Shown here in pieces: positions 37,245 through 46,294 of a stretch of DNA of 64,000 nucleotides. The notes beneath the pieces were generated by a model that was given only the letters and a program-made list of their open reading frames with translations, did not search any database and was not told where the DNA came from. The position numbers and the translations under genes are program-made. The stretch spans positions 246,578 to 310,577 of the forward strand of contig CAYGKO010000001.1 of NCBI GenBank assembly GCA_964350735.1, given 5' to 3'. Numbering within the stretch: position 1 is the stretch's first letter; the number at the start of each line of letters is the position of its first letter. This stretch comes from an uncultured Candidatus Saccharibacteria bacterium (GTDB lineage Bacteria > Patescibacteriota > Minisyncoccia > Phycocordibacterales > UBA918).

Positions 37245-38018
37245 ATGACTATTACACTAAAATCTGATGAAGATATTAAATTACTCCGAAAAGGTGGAAA
37301 GATTTTAGCGACTATTCTAGATGAGCTTGAAAAAGAAGCAGTGCCCGGCAATACCACACTTGATATTGATGATCGGGCAATGGAGCTGATCGAAGAGTAT
37401 GGTGTCCAGCCAATGATCCTCGGGTATGCAGCTCATTTTGCACCGCGGCCATACCCAGCAGCGACGTGTGTGTCACTCAATGACGTGGTGGTGCACGGGA
37501 TCCCAAATGAAGATCCGGAAGAGATTCAAGCAGGCGATGTCGTATCAATCGACCTGGTGATTGGCTACCAGGGGATTATTGTCGACTCAGCGCGGACGGT
37601 GATAGCCGGTGAAGGGAGCGCTGAAGACGTGGAGCTACTTGAAGTCACTAAGGCAGCTCTGAAAGCCGGGATTAAGGCAGCCGTCCCGGGGGCGTATATC
37701 AATGACATCGGCAAAGCAATTGAAGCGGTGGTACCAAAGAAGTTTGGGATCGTCACTGACTTTTGCGGGCACGGCGTTGGTTATGAACTGCACGAAGAAC
37801 CACAAATTCCGAATTTTTCTATGAAAGGCGAATCACCGATGATTGAGCCCGGTATGGTGCTCGCCATCGAGCCGATGATCACTGCCGGCAAGAAAGACGT
37901 GTTTATTGATAGTGCTGATGGGTACACAGTATTTACCCGCGATGGCTCAGCGTCTGCTCATATGGAGCACACCGTTTTAATAACGAAAAAAGGACCAGAG
38001 GTATTGACTATTAAGTAG
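37245..38018 (+). CDS. map: methionine aminopeptidase type I
   Basis: VVHGIPNED...GDVVSIDLVIGYQGIIVDSARTV...FCGHGVGYELHEEPQIPNF...EPMIT. Confidence 0.9.
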   Translation: MTITLKSDEDIKLLRKGGKILATILDELEKEAVPGNTTLDIDDRAMELIEEYGVQPMILGYAAHFAPRPYPAATCVSLNDVVVHGIPNEDPEEIQAGDVVSIDLVIGYQGIIVDSARTVIAGEGSAEDVELLEVTKAALKAGIKAAVPGAYINDIGKAIEAVVPKKFGIVTDFCGHGVGYELHEEPQIPNFSMKGESPMIEPGMVLAIEPMITAGKKDVFIDSADGYTVFTRDGSASAHMEHTVLITKKGPEVLTIK

Positions 38019-38066
38019 TTTTGTGGTTAAATTGTTAAGATTCGGTCTTTATAAAGGGAGGTGACC

Positions 38067-38084
38067 ATGAAATTAAGAGCCTGA
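38067..38084 (+). CDS. tiny upstream ORF MKLRA with strong SD, stop overlapping the next start (TGATG)
   Basis: AAAGGGAGGTGACC-ATG AAA TTA AGA GCC TGA-TG. Confidence 0.3.
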   Translation: MKLRA

Positions 38085-38461
38085 TGTTCTGTACAAAACA
38101 GCGACATCTATCTAAAGTTCGACTTCGTCGAGACGATAGGGGTGTCGCAAGACACAACTATTTTCAAAGACACGGAGAAGAATCAATGACTTATCACACC
38201 GACTATCTCGCTATCAGCGCGATCCACAAGCCTGAAATTACTGAAGAAGGCAATATCCAACTCTGGATGTCGCCTGGTCATTTCGGTGAGACGGGTTGTG
38301 GTATCAGCGTCACGAGCACCTCGTTGCAGCTGCTCTATCGCGCATTGCCACGCTGGATTACATGCCTGGCTTCGATCGAATCTGGTGAGCTGGTGATTCG
38401 CCTGAAATACTTCGGAGTGTGTGTTCTGCGCATTTCTCCGTTGCAGATTCAGCGGATCTAG
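38084..38461 (+). CDS. hypothetical protein (alternative start ATG 38186 with SD GGAGAAG)
   Basis: 125 aa ORF coupled to the uORF; no recognisable motif. Confidence 0.4.
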   Translation: MFCTKQRHLSKVRLRRDDRGVARHNYFQRHGEESMTYHTDYLAISAIHKPEITEEGNIQLWMSPGHFGETGCGISVTSTSLQLLYRALPRWITCLASIESGELVIRLKYFGVCVLRISPLQIQRI

Positions 38462-38554
38462 TGAAGTAGGTTCTCTTCGTCATCCGACGGAGAGCATGCT
38501 TGAATTAGGAGGAATTTTTGGATGGGAATCCATCTGCACGCTGCCTGGCGGTGT

Positions 38555-38626
38555 GGCGACCCTATTCGTGGGTCGCCGGGGAAAGGAGCTTTCGAGCTCC
38601 ACCTAGGCGGCTCTTTTTCTTTTTGA
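38555..38626 (+). terminator. tandem hairpins plus T-run
   Basis: GGCGACCCtattcgtGGGTCGCC and GGAGCTttcgAGCTCC followed by CTCTTTTTCTTTTT. Confidence 0.5.
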
Positions 38627-38696
38627 ATACATCTAATATTGGACGTACGCTCTAACAATTTTATAAATTAGTAGCGTCGGCTGCTATACTTTTAGT

Positions 38697-40406
38697 ATGC
38701 AGAAAAGTGTACTGGTACTAGGTGGTGGGGTGGCTGGACTCACAGCTGCTCATGAACTCATTGAACGAGGCTTTTCGGTGACGGTTATTGAGCCACATGC
38801 ACTAGCTGGGGGTAAAGCTAAGAGTGTTGGGGTGGCTGGTACTGGTACGAAAGGTCGTAAAGACCTGCCTGGTGAACATGGCTTCCGATTTTTCCCCGGC
38901 TTTTACCAGCACCTCCCCGAGACGATGCAACGTATTCCCTATGGCAAAGGAGTAGTGCTTGATAATTTAGTGAACGCAACTGAAACATTTGTGGCTGATG
39001 CGGAGCATGGATCGTTTAAAACCTCGACTACCTACTGGGGTAATTTGCGCAACTCTATTTCTGTGATGCGTGGCACTAATCGTCTCAATCAGCTTGGTAT
39101 TCCGGAAGAAGATCTTGAGCACTTTGGAAAAGCTCTTTGGCAGGTATTTTCGATGTGTCAGGAGCGCCGAGATACTGAACTTGACGCGGTCAGTTGGTGG
39201 GAGTTTATGGATGCTGATAATCGCTCGCAGGTCTATCAAGACCAGATGGTTATTAATACCACCAAGACTTTGGTCGCGAGTGATCCGTGGCGGGCTACGG
39301 CGCGGACGGTGGGTACCATTGCGATTCAGATGTTTCAAGACATGCAAAAGCTAAAAGGTAATTCTGACCGAGTGTTATGTGGTCCAACCAATGAAGTCTG
39401 GATTGAGCCTTGGTATTGGCATTTACATCATCTCGGAGTCACTTTTGTACACGGGGAGTCAGTGACGGCTATCACCGAGAGTGAGGGGGCGGTCGTGAGT
39501 ATTCAGACTCGAGATGATGCTAATGAATTGCACACACATGCCGCCGATGAGTATGTGTTAGCGGTACCAGTTGAGGTAGCGGCTCCGTTATTGAAGCCAC
39601 TACAGAAACTGGATGATCAATTCAAAGACCTGCAAGAATTGGCTACTATGATCAATTGGATGAATGGGATTCAGTATTACTTATATGAAGATGTGCCGAT
39701 CGTGCATGGACACGAAATGTTGCCGCAGACAAAGTGGGCTTTAACGGCCATCTCGCAAGCCCAATTCTGGCCTGATTTTGACTTAACTGGGTATGGAGAC
39801 GGAAAGGTACAGGGAGTGCTGTCCGTAGATATTTCAGATTGGCACGTTCCTGGATTGCTTCATAAAAAGCCGGCGATTAACTGCACGCCCGAAGAAATTG
39901 CAGAGGAGACCTGGTATCAACTAAAACGAGCTATCAATGTTGATGAAGAATTGCTGACAGATGAAAATAAACATTCGTGGTTTTTAGATCCTGACATTCA
40001 GCGCTCACCGCAGAACCCACACGAAAACATTAATCTTGAGCCTTTGCTGGTAAATTTGATTAACAGTTGGGAGTTGCGGCCGAATGTCGCCACTAAACTA
40101 GCAAATCTATTCTTAGCCTCAGATTATGTCAAAAATAATACTGACCTGGCTACCATGGAAGGAGCGAATGAATCTGCTCGTCGAGCAGTGAATTACATTC
40201 TTGATAAAGATCAGACTGAACATTCGCATAAGCCTTGTAAAGTATTTCCACTGCGCGAGCCAATGTATGCCCGTTTATTACAACGCTACGATAAAAAACG
40301 CTTTGATCGGGGACTACCCTGGCGAGCCCGTCCACCGATGTGGTTGTTTTGGCCGGTAGCGCTGTTTATGGTGTTGTATCGTCTGGGAACTGGTTTGAAA
40401 AAGTAG
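38697..40406 (+). CDS. FAD-dependent oxidoreductase (amine-oxidase / phytoene-desaturase-like fold) with C-terminal TM helix
   Basis: VLVLGGGVAGLTAAHELIERGFSVTVIE (dinucleotide-binding GxGxxG); 569 aa; C-terminal hydrophobic PMWLFWPVALFMVLY. Confidence 0.65.
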   Translation: MQKSVLVLGGGVAGLTAAHELIERGFSVTVIEPHALAGGKAKSVGVAGTGTKGRKDLPGEHGFRFFPGFYQHLPETMQRIPYGKGVVLDNLVNATETFVADAEHGSFKTSTTYWGNLRNSISVMRGTNRLNQLGIPEEDLEHFGKALWQVFSMCQERRDTELDAVSWWEFMDADNRSQVYQDQMVINTTKTLVASDPWRATARTVGTIAIQMFQDMQKLKGNSDRVLCGPTNEVWIEPWYWHLHHLGVTFVHGESVTAITESEGAVVSIQTRDDANELHTHAADEYVLAVPVEVAAPLLKPLQKLDDQFKDLQELATMINWMNGIQYYLYEDVPIVHGHEMLPQTKWALTAISQAQFWPDFDLTGYGDGKVQGVLSVDISDWHVPGLLHKKPAINCTPEEIAEETWYQLKRAINVDEELLTDENKHSWFLDPDIQRSPQNPHENINLEPLLVNLINSWELRPNVATKLANLFLASDYVKNNTDLATMEGANESARRAVNYILDKDQTEHSHKPCKVFPLREPMYARLLQRYDKKRFDRGLPWRARPPMWLFWPVALFMVLYRLGTGLKK

Positions 40407-40429
40407 GGGTTGGGTGCGGCCAGATAGGA

Positions 40430-40468
40430 TGCATGCGGGGCAAAATGCATTGCATTTTGCCCCGCATG
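40430..40468. terminator. perfect 19 bp inverted repeat
   Basis: GCATGCGGGGCAAAATGCA-t-TGCATTTTGCCCCGCATGC. Confidence 0.7.
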
Positions 40469-40513
40469 CGCTATACTCACTGCGTTAAATAACTATATAT
40501 TTATTACTATTTT

Positions 40514-41128
40514 ATGGATAATCACCCACACCAAGAGCGAACTTTTGTCATGCTAAAGCCCGATGCGGTACAGCGTGGTTTGATCGGAGAAATAATCAAG
40601 CGATTTGAAGCGACAGGCTTAAAGTGCGCGGCTCTTAAGATGTTTATGGCAGATGAGGAAACACTTTTCGCTCACTACAACAAAGACGAAGCTTGGTTCA
40701 TGAAAAAAGGGAACGGTATCGTTGCAAACCTTACCGAGCAAGGGAAGCCGGTAGAAAAAGAAGCTATCGAATACGGGAAAGATATTATTCGCCAGAATGC
40801 GGTATTCATGATGCAGTCACCACTGGTGGCGATGGTGTGGGAAGGAAACCAGGCCGGAGCTGTAATCAAGAAGTTGGTTGGTACTACTGAACCATCTACA
40901 TCTGATGTAGGTACTATTCGAGGTGATTACACGGTTGATTCATATGCTCACGCCGCGTACGAAGATCGAGCGGTACGAAACCTGATCCACTGTACTGATC
41001 CAGAAGATGGTCCTGAAGAGGCGAGCCGAGAAATTAATCTTTGGTTCAAGCCAGAGGAGTTCATGGATTATATGACAGCGCAGGAGCGCATCATGTACGA
41101 TGTAAACCTTGATGGTGAAAAAGACTAA
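40514..41128 (+). CDS. ndk: nucleoside diphosphate kinase (with internal insertion)
   Basis: ERTFVMLKPDAVQRGLIGEIIKRFE...NLIHCTD (catalytic His). Confidence 0.85.
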   Translation: MDNHPHQERTFVMLKPDAVQRGLIGEIIKRFEATGLKCAALKMFMADEETLFAHYNKDEAWFMKKGNGIVANLTEQGKPVEKEAIEYGKDIIRQNAVFMMQSPLVAMVWEGNQAGAVIKKLVGTTEPSTSDVGTIRGDYTVDSYAHAAYEDRAVRNLIHCTDPEDGPEEASREINLWFKPEEFMDYMTAQERIMYDVNLDGEKD

Positions 41129-41134
41129 CTCCTA

Positions 41135-41174
41135 AAAAACCGGCCGGTATGCAAAAGCGTACCGGCCGGTTTTC
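41135..41174. terminator. rho-independent terminator
   Basis: AAAAAACCGGCCGGTATGC-aaaa-GCGTACCGGCCGGTTTT. Confidence 0.85.
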
Positions 41175-41190
41175 GTTCATGATATACTTT

Positions 41191-41355
41191 GAGTGGAACC
41201 ACCATAACGTATGTTCCGATTAAACATATATGCAGGGCTGCGTGTAGACGCGAGGCGGACTGAGGACCGATTTTATTATAAGGCCGGACTTCAAACACAA
41301 ATCGGTAAGCGTGCCCACCTGGTTTTACCCAGGAGCATACGAGTGTGGTTCCATG
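41191..41355. ncRNA. candidate structured RNA (long-range closing stem plus three internal hairpins); strand unknown
   Basis: TGGAACCAC(41194)...GTGGTTCCA(41345) enclose ACCGATTT...AAATCGGT, CCTGGttttaCCCAGG and GCGTgtagACGC hairpins in a 200 nt intergenic gap. Confidence 0.25.
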
Positions 41356-41386
41356 AAAATGCGTCAGCATAAGCTGGCGTTTTTTC

Positions 41387-41779
41387 GTGGTAAAATTGAT
41401 CTATATGTTGCAGATCACTACTATTTTGTTTCTTATTTCACTATCGGTATTAGCGGGTATCCACGTGATTGCCGAATATTTGTTCTTATACTGGAAGTTT
41501 TCTTGGTTCGATATTCCGATGCATGCGTTTGGTGGAATCATCATCACGCTTGGGGTGTTTACACTCTATGATTTTAAAGTTATTCCCAAGCTACTGCTCC
41601 AGCTACTGCCGGTCTGGCTGATAGCGTTAGTGATTATTCTTGGCTGGGAGGTTTTTAAGCTGTTTATGGGGAAGGTTATTGATGACACGTTTATCGTCGA
41701 TACAGTTATGGACATCACGATTGGCAGTACTGGAAGTGTTGTGGGGTATTATATTGCTAATAACATTCGACATCTATGA
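41387..41779 (+). CDS. hypothetical membrane protein (3-4 TM)
   Basis: Hydrophobic ORF; start could be ATG 41405. Confidence 0.45.
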   Translation: MVKLIYMLQITTILFLISLSVLAGIHVIAEYLFLYWKFSWFDIPMHAFGGIIITLGVFTLYDFKVIPKLLLQLLPVWLIALVIILGWEVFKLFMGKVIDDTFIVDTVMDITIGSTGSVVGYYIANNIRHL

Positions 41780-43137
41780 GCAGTACTTTAGGTTTTTATG
41801 GCGGGGTAGGTAATGTAACGGGATCTAACTTTATGCTTGATACAGGCAAAGTAGCTCTCTTGGTAGATTGTGGTTTAGTGCAGGGAGACAAATACGCCCG
41901 CGAAGCCAATGCTGAAGATTTTGCCTACAATCCAGCTGATGTAGATGTCCTGTTTGTGACTCACGCCCACGCTGATCATATTGGGCGCATCCCCAAGTTG
42001 GTGCGCGATGGTTTCCGCGGGAAGATTTATTCCACGCATCCTACGTTGGAGCTCGCTCGGATTATGTTTGATGATGCAGTGAATATTATGGAGCAGGAAG
42101 CTCGTCGGTTTAATACCACACCCATCTACGATGAAGGCAATATCAATCAAGCACTCGATTTGTGGCACGGAGTCGAATATAAAGAGCATATAGAGGTAGG
42201 AGATGGTATTACGGCGTATTTTACCGATGCGGGGCATATTTTGGGCTCTGGGATGGTGAATCTAGAGCGAGAGGGTAAGAAAATGGTCTTTACCGGTGAC
42301 ATTGGTAATGTACCGCAACCACTGCTTAATGCCCCAGAAATCCCAACGGACTACGACTATCTCCTGATGGAAAGTGTCTATGGTGATCGCAAGCACGAAG
42401 AAGTGGCTGAACGTTCAAAACTACTACAAGGGTATATCGAAGACACCATCCAAAAGCGGGGGACACTGATCATTCCAGCCTTTAGTCTGGAACGAACGCA
42501 GGGTATGTTGTTTGAAATAAATAACTTAGTGGAGTCAGGCAAGATCCCACCGATTGCTACTTATTTAGATTCGCCGCTTGCGATCCGCGTGACTGATGTC
42601 TATCGGCATTACGTGCATTATCTTAAAGAAGACGTCCGTAATCAGATTGATGGTGGTGATGATATTTTTGCGTTCGAAGGCCTTTCGTTTACCGAGTCAG
42701 TAAAAGAGTCGCGCGCCATTATGAGTAGTGGTGGACCGAAGATTATCATTGCTGGATCAGGGATGAGTCATGGTGGACGGATCTTAGCTCATGAGAAGCG
42801 TTTCTTAGGGGAGGCCACGACCACGGTACTCTTAGTGGGGTATCAAACTGTCGGAAGTGTGGGACGTCTACTGCAAGACGGAGCTAAGAAAGTAAACATC
42901 AATGGGGAAGATGTGAAAGTAAAAGCCCGAGTAGCCAGGATTCGAGGGTATTCAGGACACGCTGACCGCGATCAATTAATTGATTTGGTTTATCGCAGCC
43001 AAGCCAATCCAAAACAAGTTTTTGTGGCCATGGGAGAGGAACGAGCATCGCTCTTTTTAGTACAACGCTTACGTGATTACCTTGGTCTAAATGCTGTGGC
43101 TCCAGGAGAGAATGAAGAAATAGAAATAGATTTTTAA
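41776..43137 (+). CDS. beta-CASP family MBL-fold ribonuclease (RNase J/CPSF-like)
   Basis: VDCGLVQGD...FVTHAHADHIG (HxHxDH); about 450 aa with a C-terminal beta-CASP region and conserved His near the C-terminus (GYSGHAD). Confidence 0.75.
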   Translation: MSSTLGFYGGVGNVTGSNFMLDTGKVALLVDCGLVQGDKYAREANAEDFAYNPADVDVLFVTHAHADHIGRIPKLVRDGFRGKIYSTHPTLELARIMFDDAVNIMEQEARRFNTTPIYDEGNINQALDLWHGVEYKEHIEVGDGITAYFTDAGHILGSGMVNLEREGKKMVFTGDIGNVPQPLLNAPEIPTDYDYLLMESVYGDRKHEEVAERSKLLQGYIEDTIQKRGTLIIPAFSLERTQGMLFEINNLVESGKIPPIATYLDSPLAIRVTDVYRHYVHYLKEDVRNQIDGGDDIFAFEGLSFTESVKESRAIMSSGGPKIIIAGSGMSHGGRILAHEKRFLGEATTTVLLVGYQTVGSVGRLLQDGAKKVNINGEDVKVKARVARIRGYSGHADRDQLIDLVYRSQANPKQVFVAMGEERASLFLVQRLRDYLGLNAVAPGENEEIEIDF

Positions 43138-43140
43138 GAC

Positions 43141-43815
43141 ATGGATTATTTGCTTGAGATTGGCTTAGCGTTACTGATGTTTTTAATATTCATGGGAGCG
43201 CCTTTCTTACCGCTACTCCATAATGTGTTGGATTATTGTCGATCTAGTCTAGTGTCTTCTGTATGGTATATCTTTGGCACTCTGGTTCTGTATTACCATA
43301 CTAGTGTTTCTGAAGTATTTTCTATTCAGGATATGTCTCTCGCCGCTATCGCTGGAATACTCGTTGTCATGTTGACGTTTTATTTTTCAAAGCAATGGCA
43401 AAGTATCGGAAGACCTCTGATGCCACACACACCGTATAGTGAGGGGTCGACTACTTTCTATGATTACACGCATCGCTATGCGTTCGTTAAAGCACTTGAA
43501 ATATATTTTCAGAACGTGGCCGCAGCAGCCATTATTGTGGCCATTTATGCGATGACAGATTCTGTGCTCGTAACAGGAGTAGTGTTTGGCGGATTATTCT
43601 TCGCCGCTCACACACCGTCCTTTTTCTTTTTTGGAAAGGAGTGGATTTTTTTCATAACAGTTGCTGCTCTGGTGGCAGGAGCATTCCCAGCTGTCGCTAT
43701 ACTACTGGTGCCAGGAGGAATTCTCTATTTATTTTCATTCCACAGTTTGATGTATTTGCTGTTTTTGTTTTTTATGCGAAGGAAGAGACTTAGTGAGGGA
43801 TATGCGCTACCTTAA
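43141..43815 (+). CDS. hypothetical polytopic membrane protein
   Basis: 6-7 hydrophobic helices; no confident motif. Confidence 0.45.
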   Translation: MDYLLEIGLALLMFLIFMGAPFLPLLHNVLDYCRSSLVSSVWYIFGTLVLYYHTSVSEVFSIQDMSLAAIAGILVVMLTFYFSKQWQSIGRPLMPHTPYSEGSTTFYDYTHRYAFVKALEIYFQNVAAAAIIVAIYAMTDSVLVTGVVFGGLFFAAHTPSFFFFGKEWIFFITVAALVAGAFPAVAILLVPGGILYLFSFHSLMYLLFLFFMRRKRLSEGYALP

Positions 43816-44212
43816 AGTTGTATACAAGGTTAATTAAAAAGTTACATAAACCGGTTGGAGCTGCCATCAAAAACCTTGCTAAGAGAGGTGCTAATTCAAA
43901 TTGTGTCATAAGGAAGTTACTGCCAAAAATACTGATGAGTAAGCCACTTGCGGCAATAATAGAGAAGTATATAAAACCTGCTGCCACGCCTCGTTTGGTG
44001 CCTCTAAAGGTGTATTTTCGAAAAATGAAATAACTGATTGACAGTGATACGAAGAACCCAGTTCCGATTGCGGTTAGTGTTGGGATCGAGAAAACGTAGA
44101 GTAACATTGCTGTTAACGATAATTCTCCAGCAAGGGTCGCGAGTCCCACAAAGAAGAACGAAACAAATCGTTTGTAGACATTTTCTTTATTGGAAATAAT
44201 CGTTTGTAACAT
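43790..44212 (-). CDS. GtrA-family membrane protein
   Basis: 140 aa, 4 TM, RFVSFFFVGLATLAGELSLTAMLLYVF (typical GtrA N-terminal pattern). Confidence 0.55.
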   Translation of the reverse strand: MLQTIISNKENVYKRFVSFFFVGLATLAGELSLTAMLLYVFSIPTLTAIGTGFFVSLSISYFIFRKYTFRGTKRGVAAGFIYFSIIAASGLLISIFGSNFLMTQFELAPLLARFLMAAPTGLCNFLINLVYNFKVAHIPH

Positions 44213-44287
44213 TTGTGTATCAGCTTAGCATGAGAATTCTCATTGTTTTGATTTGGCACTTGGAGGTAAGTGAATTATTATTGAGCA

Positions 44288-44950
44288 GTGAAAAATAAAA
44301 CAGCATTATACGGAGGCTTAGTTTGGTTGTTAGCTGGAATTGGTTTAACCACGTACGGCATCGTTGGTTTATCTGGATTAGCCGTTCCAGGCGTAGAGCA
44401 ATTAGTTGGTTTTATCAGTGGGATTGAGGGGAGGTATATTTACGCAGCGGCGTTTCTGGCAATCTTAATTGAGGGATTATATTTTATTGGTAGCTTTTTC
44501 CCTGGTACTACGCTTATTATTGTGGTTGCAGTTTTATCACAAGCGCAAAGCTGGTTTACGTTTGCGCTGACCATTCTGTCTATTTTCTTAGGGTGGTGTG
44601 TGGCTGGGATTATTAATATTACGATGGCGAGCAAACTCGCTTCACACCAAGCTCCTGAGCCAGTTGAGGTGAAGGATCGATTGTTTATAACGTGGTTTCC
44701 CGCGTTCCGGGCTAACTATGAGGTTTCCCAGGTGGTAGCCGGGGCAGATCCGTATAAAGTGTTTTTATCATCAGTTCGAGTGCGGGCCTGGGCTAGTTTG
44801 GCAGCAGCAGTTGGGGTGGCGATCCTGCCGCTCATTGTGGACGTGACAGAAATGAAAAACGAAGAAGGTTTTGCCTCCCTATTTGTCATTGCTGCGATAA
44901 TGCTGGGAACGGGAACGTGGCAAATTCGTTCATATCGACGGAATAGATAG
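44288..44950 (+). CDS. membrane protein, possibly DedA/VTT-like
   Basis: LIEGLYFIGSFFPGTTLIIVVAVL resembles the VTT E...PG motif; weak. Confidence 0.35.
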   Translation: MKNKTALYGGLVWLLAGIGLTTYGIVGLSGLAVPGVEQLVGFISGIEGRYIYAAAFLAILIEGLYFIGSFFPGTTLIIVVAVLSQAQSWFTFALTILSIFLGWCVAGIINITMASKLASHQAPEPVEVKDRLFITWFPAFRANYEVSQVVAGADPYKVFLSSVRVRAWASLAAAVGVAILPLIVDVTEMKNEEGFASLFVIAAIMLGTGTWQIRSYRRNR

Positions 44951-44964
44951 GGGACAGCATTATA

Positions 44965-44992
44965 AAACCCGCTCATGAGTGAGCGGGTTTTA
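44965..44992. terminator. rho-independent terminator
   Basis: AAAACCCGCTCA-tgag-TGAGCGGGTTTT. Confidence 0.85.
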
Positions 44993-45011
44993 TGTGTCGT
45001 TAGGCGAGTGA

Positions 45012-45359
45012 CTATTTTGTCACGGTATCAACAACTCGTTGGAATACTTCTGGTCGGTCTTTTGCTAGTGTGGCTAGGACTTTTCGGTTTACACCGATGT
45101 TTTTGTCAGACATAGCTTTCATGAAGCGACTGTACTGCATACCCTGGGCTTTAAGGGCAGCATTGATGCGAGTGATCCAGAGTGATCGGAAATCACCTTT
45201 TTTGTCCTTACGGTGATCAAACGCGTATAGTTGTGCGTGATAGATTGCTTCTCGGGCATTTTTTACCTTAGTCGAACGACCAAATCGGTACCCCTTTACT
45301 TGTGCGAGGATATTGCGACGGCGCTTTTGGGCCATCAAACCTCCTTTTACTCGTGCCAT
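45012..45359 (-). CDS. rplT: 50S ribosomal protein L20
   Basis: MARVKGGLMAQKRRRNILAQVKGYRFGRSTKVKNAREA. Confidence 0.95.
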   Translation of the reverse strand: MARVKGGLMAQKRRRNILAQVKGYRFGRSTKVKNAREAIYHAQLYAFDHRKDKKGDFRSLWITRINAALKAQGMQYSRFMKAMSDKNIGVNRKVLATLAKDRPEVFQRVVDTVTK

Positions 45360-45383
45360 AGTTGGTTATTTAAAGATTAGTAA

Positions 45384-45575
45384 TTACGCACCTGTTTTAG
45401 GTAGGAATTGTCGGGTAATGCGCTTGCTCAGGGTAAGCAGCTGGGTTCGCTTGCGTCGTAGTCGCTGTCGACCAGTTTGACGAGCGTTGAAGTGGTTTTG
45501 GCCAGGCTTACGGGCAACCAGCTTACCGTTTTTGGTCACTTTGATTCGTTTGCTGTATGACTTGTTTGTTTTCAT
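45384..45575 (-). CDS. rpmI: 50S ribosomal protein L35 (63 aa; the listed longer ORF is an upstream read-through)
   Basis: MKTNKSYSKRIKVTKNGKLVARKPGQNHFNARQTGRQRLRRKRTQ. Confidence 0.8.
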   Translation of the reverse strand: MKTNKSYSKRIKVTKNGKLVARKPGQNHFNARQTGRQRLRRKRTQLLTLSKRITRQFLPKTGA

Positions 45576-45694
45576 AAATAATCTATTTAGTTCGGGGTAT
45601 TTCACTGTGAGAAGCAGTAAAAAGTGGGCCAAATATACCTTATTTAGCACAGAAAGTCCACTCTTTTTAAAGAACCTCATGGTACTATTTTTAT

Positions 45695-46294
45695 ATGAAT
45701 TACAATGAATTAGTGCTGGCCTCCACGTCACCGCGTCGAATTGAGATTTTAGGTAATACAGGTATTGCGTTTCGAACAGAGGCAAGTACTTACGAAGAGG
45801 ACATGACACTGCCTATGCAGGCTCATGAGCTTGTACGGTATCTGGCGACTGGTAAAGCCTCCGAAGTATCAGGTCGATTTCCTGAAGATTTAGTAATTGG
45901 CGGTGATACATTTATTGTGCACGAAGGGAATTTTTTAGGGAAGCCTAAGTCTGACGCTGAAGCGAAGCGAACACTGCTTGCAATTAGTGATGAAACGGTA
46001 GAAGTCATCTCGGGCATTGCTTTGTTACACGGTGCGTCTGGATTTGAGAAAACTTTCCATGAAGTCACAACGGTCGAGTTTCGCCAGATTCCGGAAGCGG
46101 CGATTGATATGTACATCAAAACTGGCATCCCATTTGATAGAGCGGGAGCGTTTGGTGTCCAAGATATCGGTGGACGTTTTATAAACGAAATCCGAGGAGA
46201 CCATTTCAATTTAATGGGCTTACCGCTATTTCGACTCTTGGATGAGCTGTATGAAATAGACAAGACTCTACTAGTTCAGCCAGTTACGATCTAG
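45695..46294 (+). CDS. maf: Maf-like nucleotide pyrophosphatase
   Basis: LVLASTSPRRIEIL...GGDTFIV...EAKRTL...AGAFGVQ. Confidence 0.85.
   Translation: MNYNELVLASTSPRRIEILGNTGIAFRTEASTYEEDMTLPMQAHELVRYLATGKASEVSGRFPEDLVIGGDTFIVHEGNFLGKPKSDAEAKRTLLAISDETVEVISGIALLHGASGFEKTFHEVTTVEFRQIPEAAIDMYIKTGIPFDRAGAFGVQDIGGRFINEIRGDHFNLMGLPLFRLLDELYEIDKTLLVQPVTI

Noticed and set aside
41280-41300. RNase P RNA P4-like GAAGTCCGGCC on the minus strand
   Set aside because: The complementary P4 3' strand motif occurs upstream rather than about 300 nt downstream, and the region is far too short for RNase P RNA.
41125-41571. ORFs 41125..41370(-) and 41311..41571(+)
   Set aside because: They overlap the ndk terminator and the structured intergenic region, or overlap the better-supported membrane protein gene out of frame.
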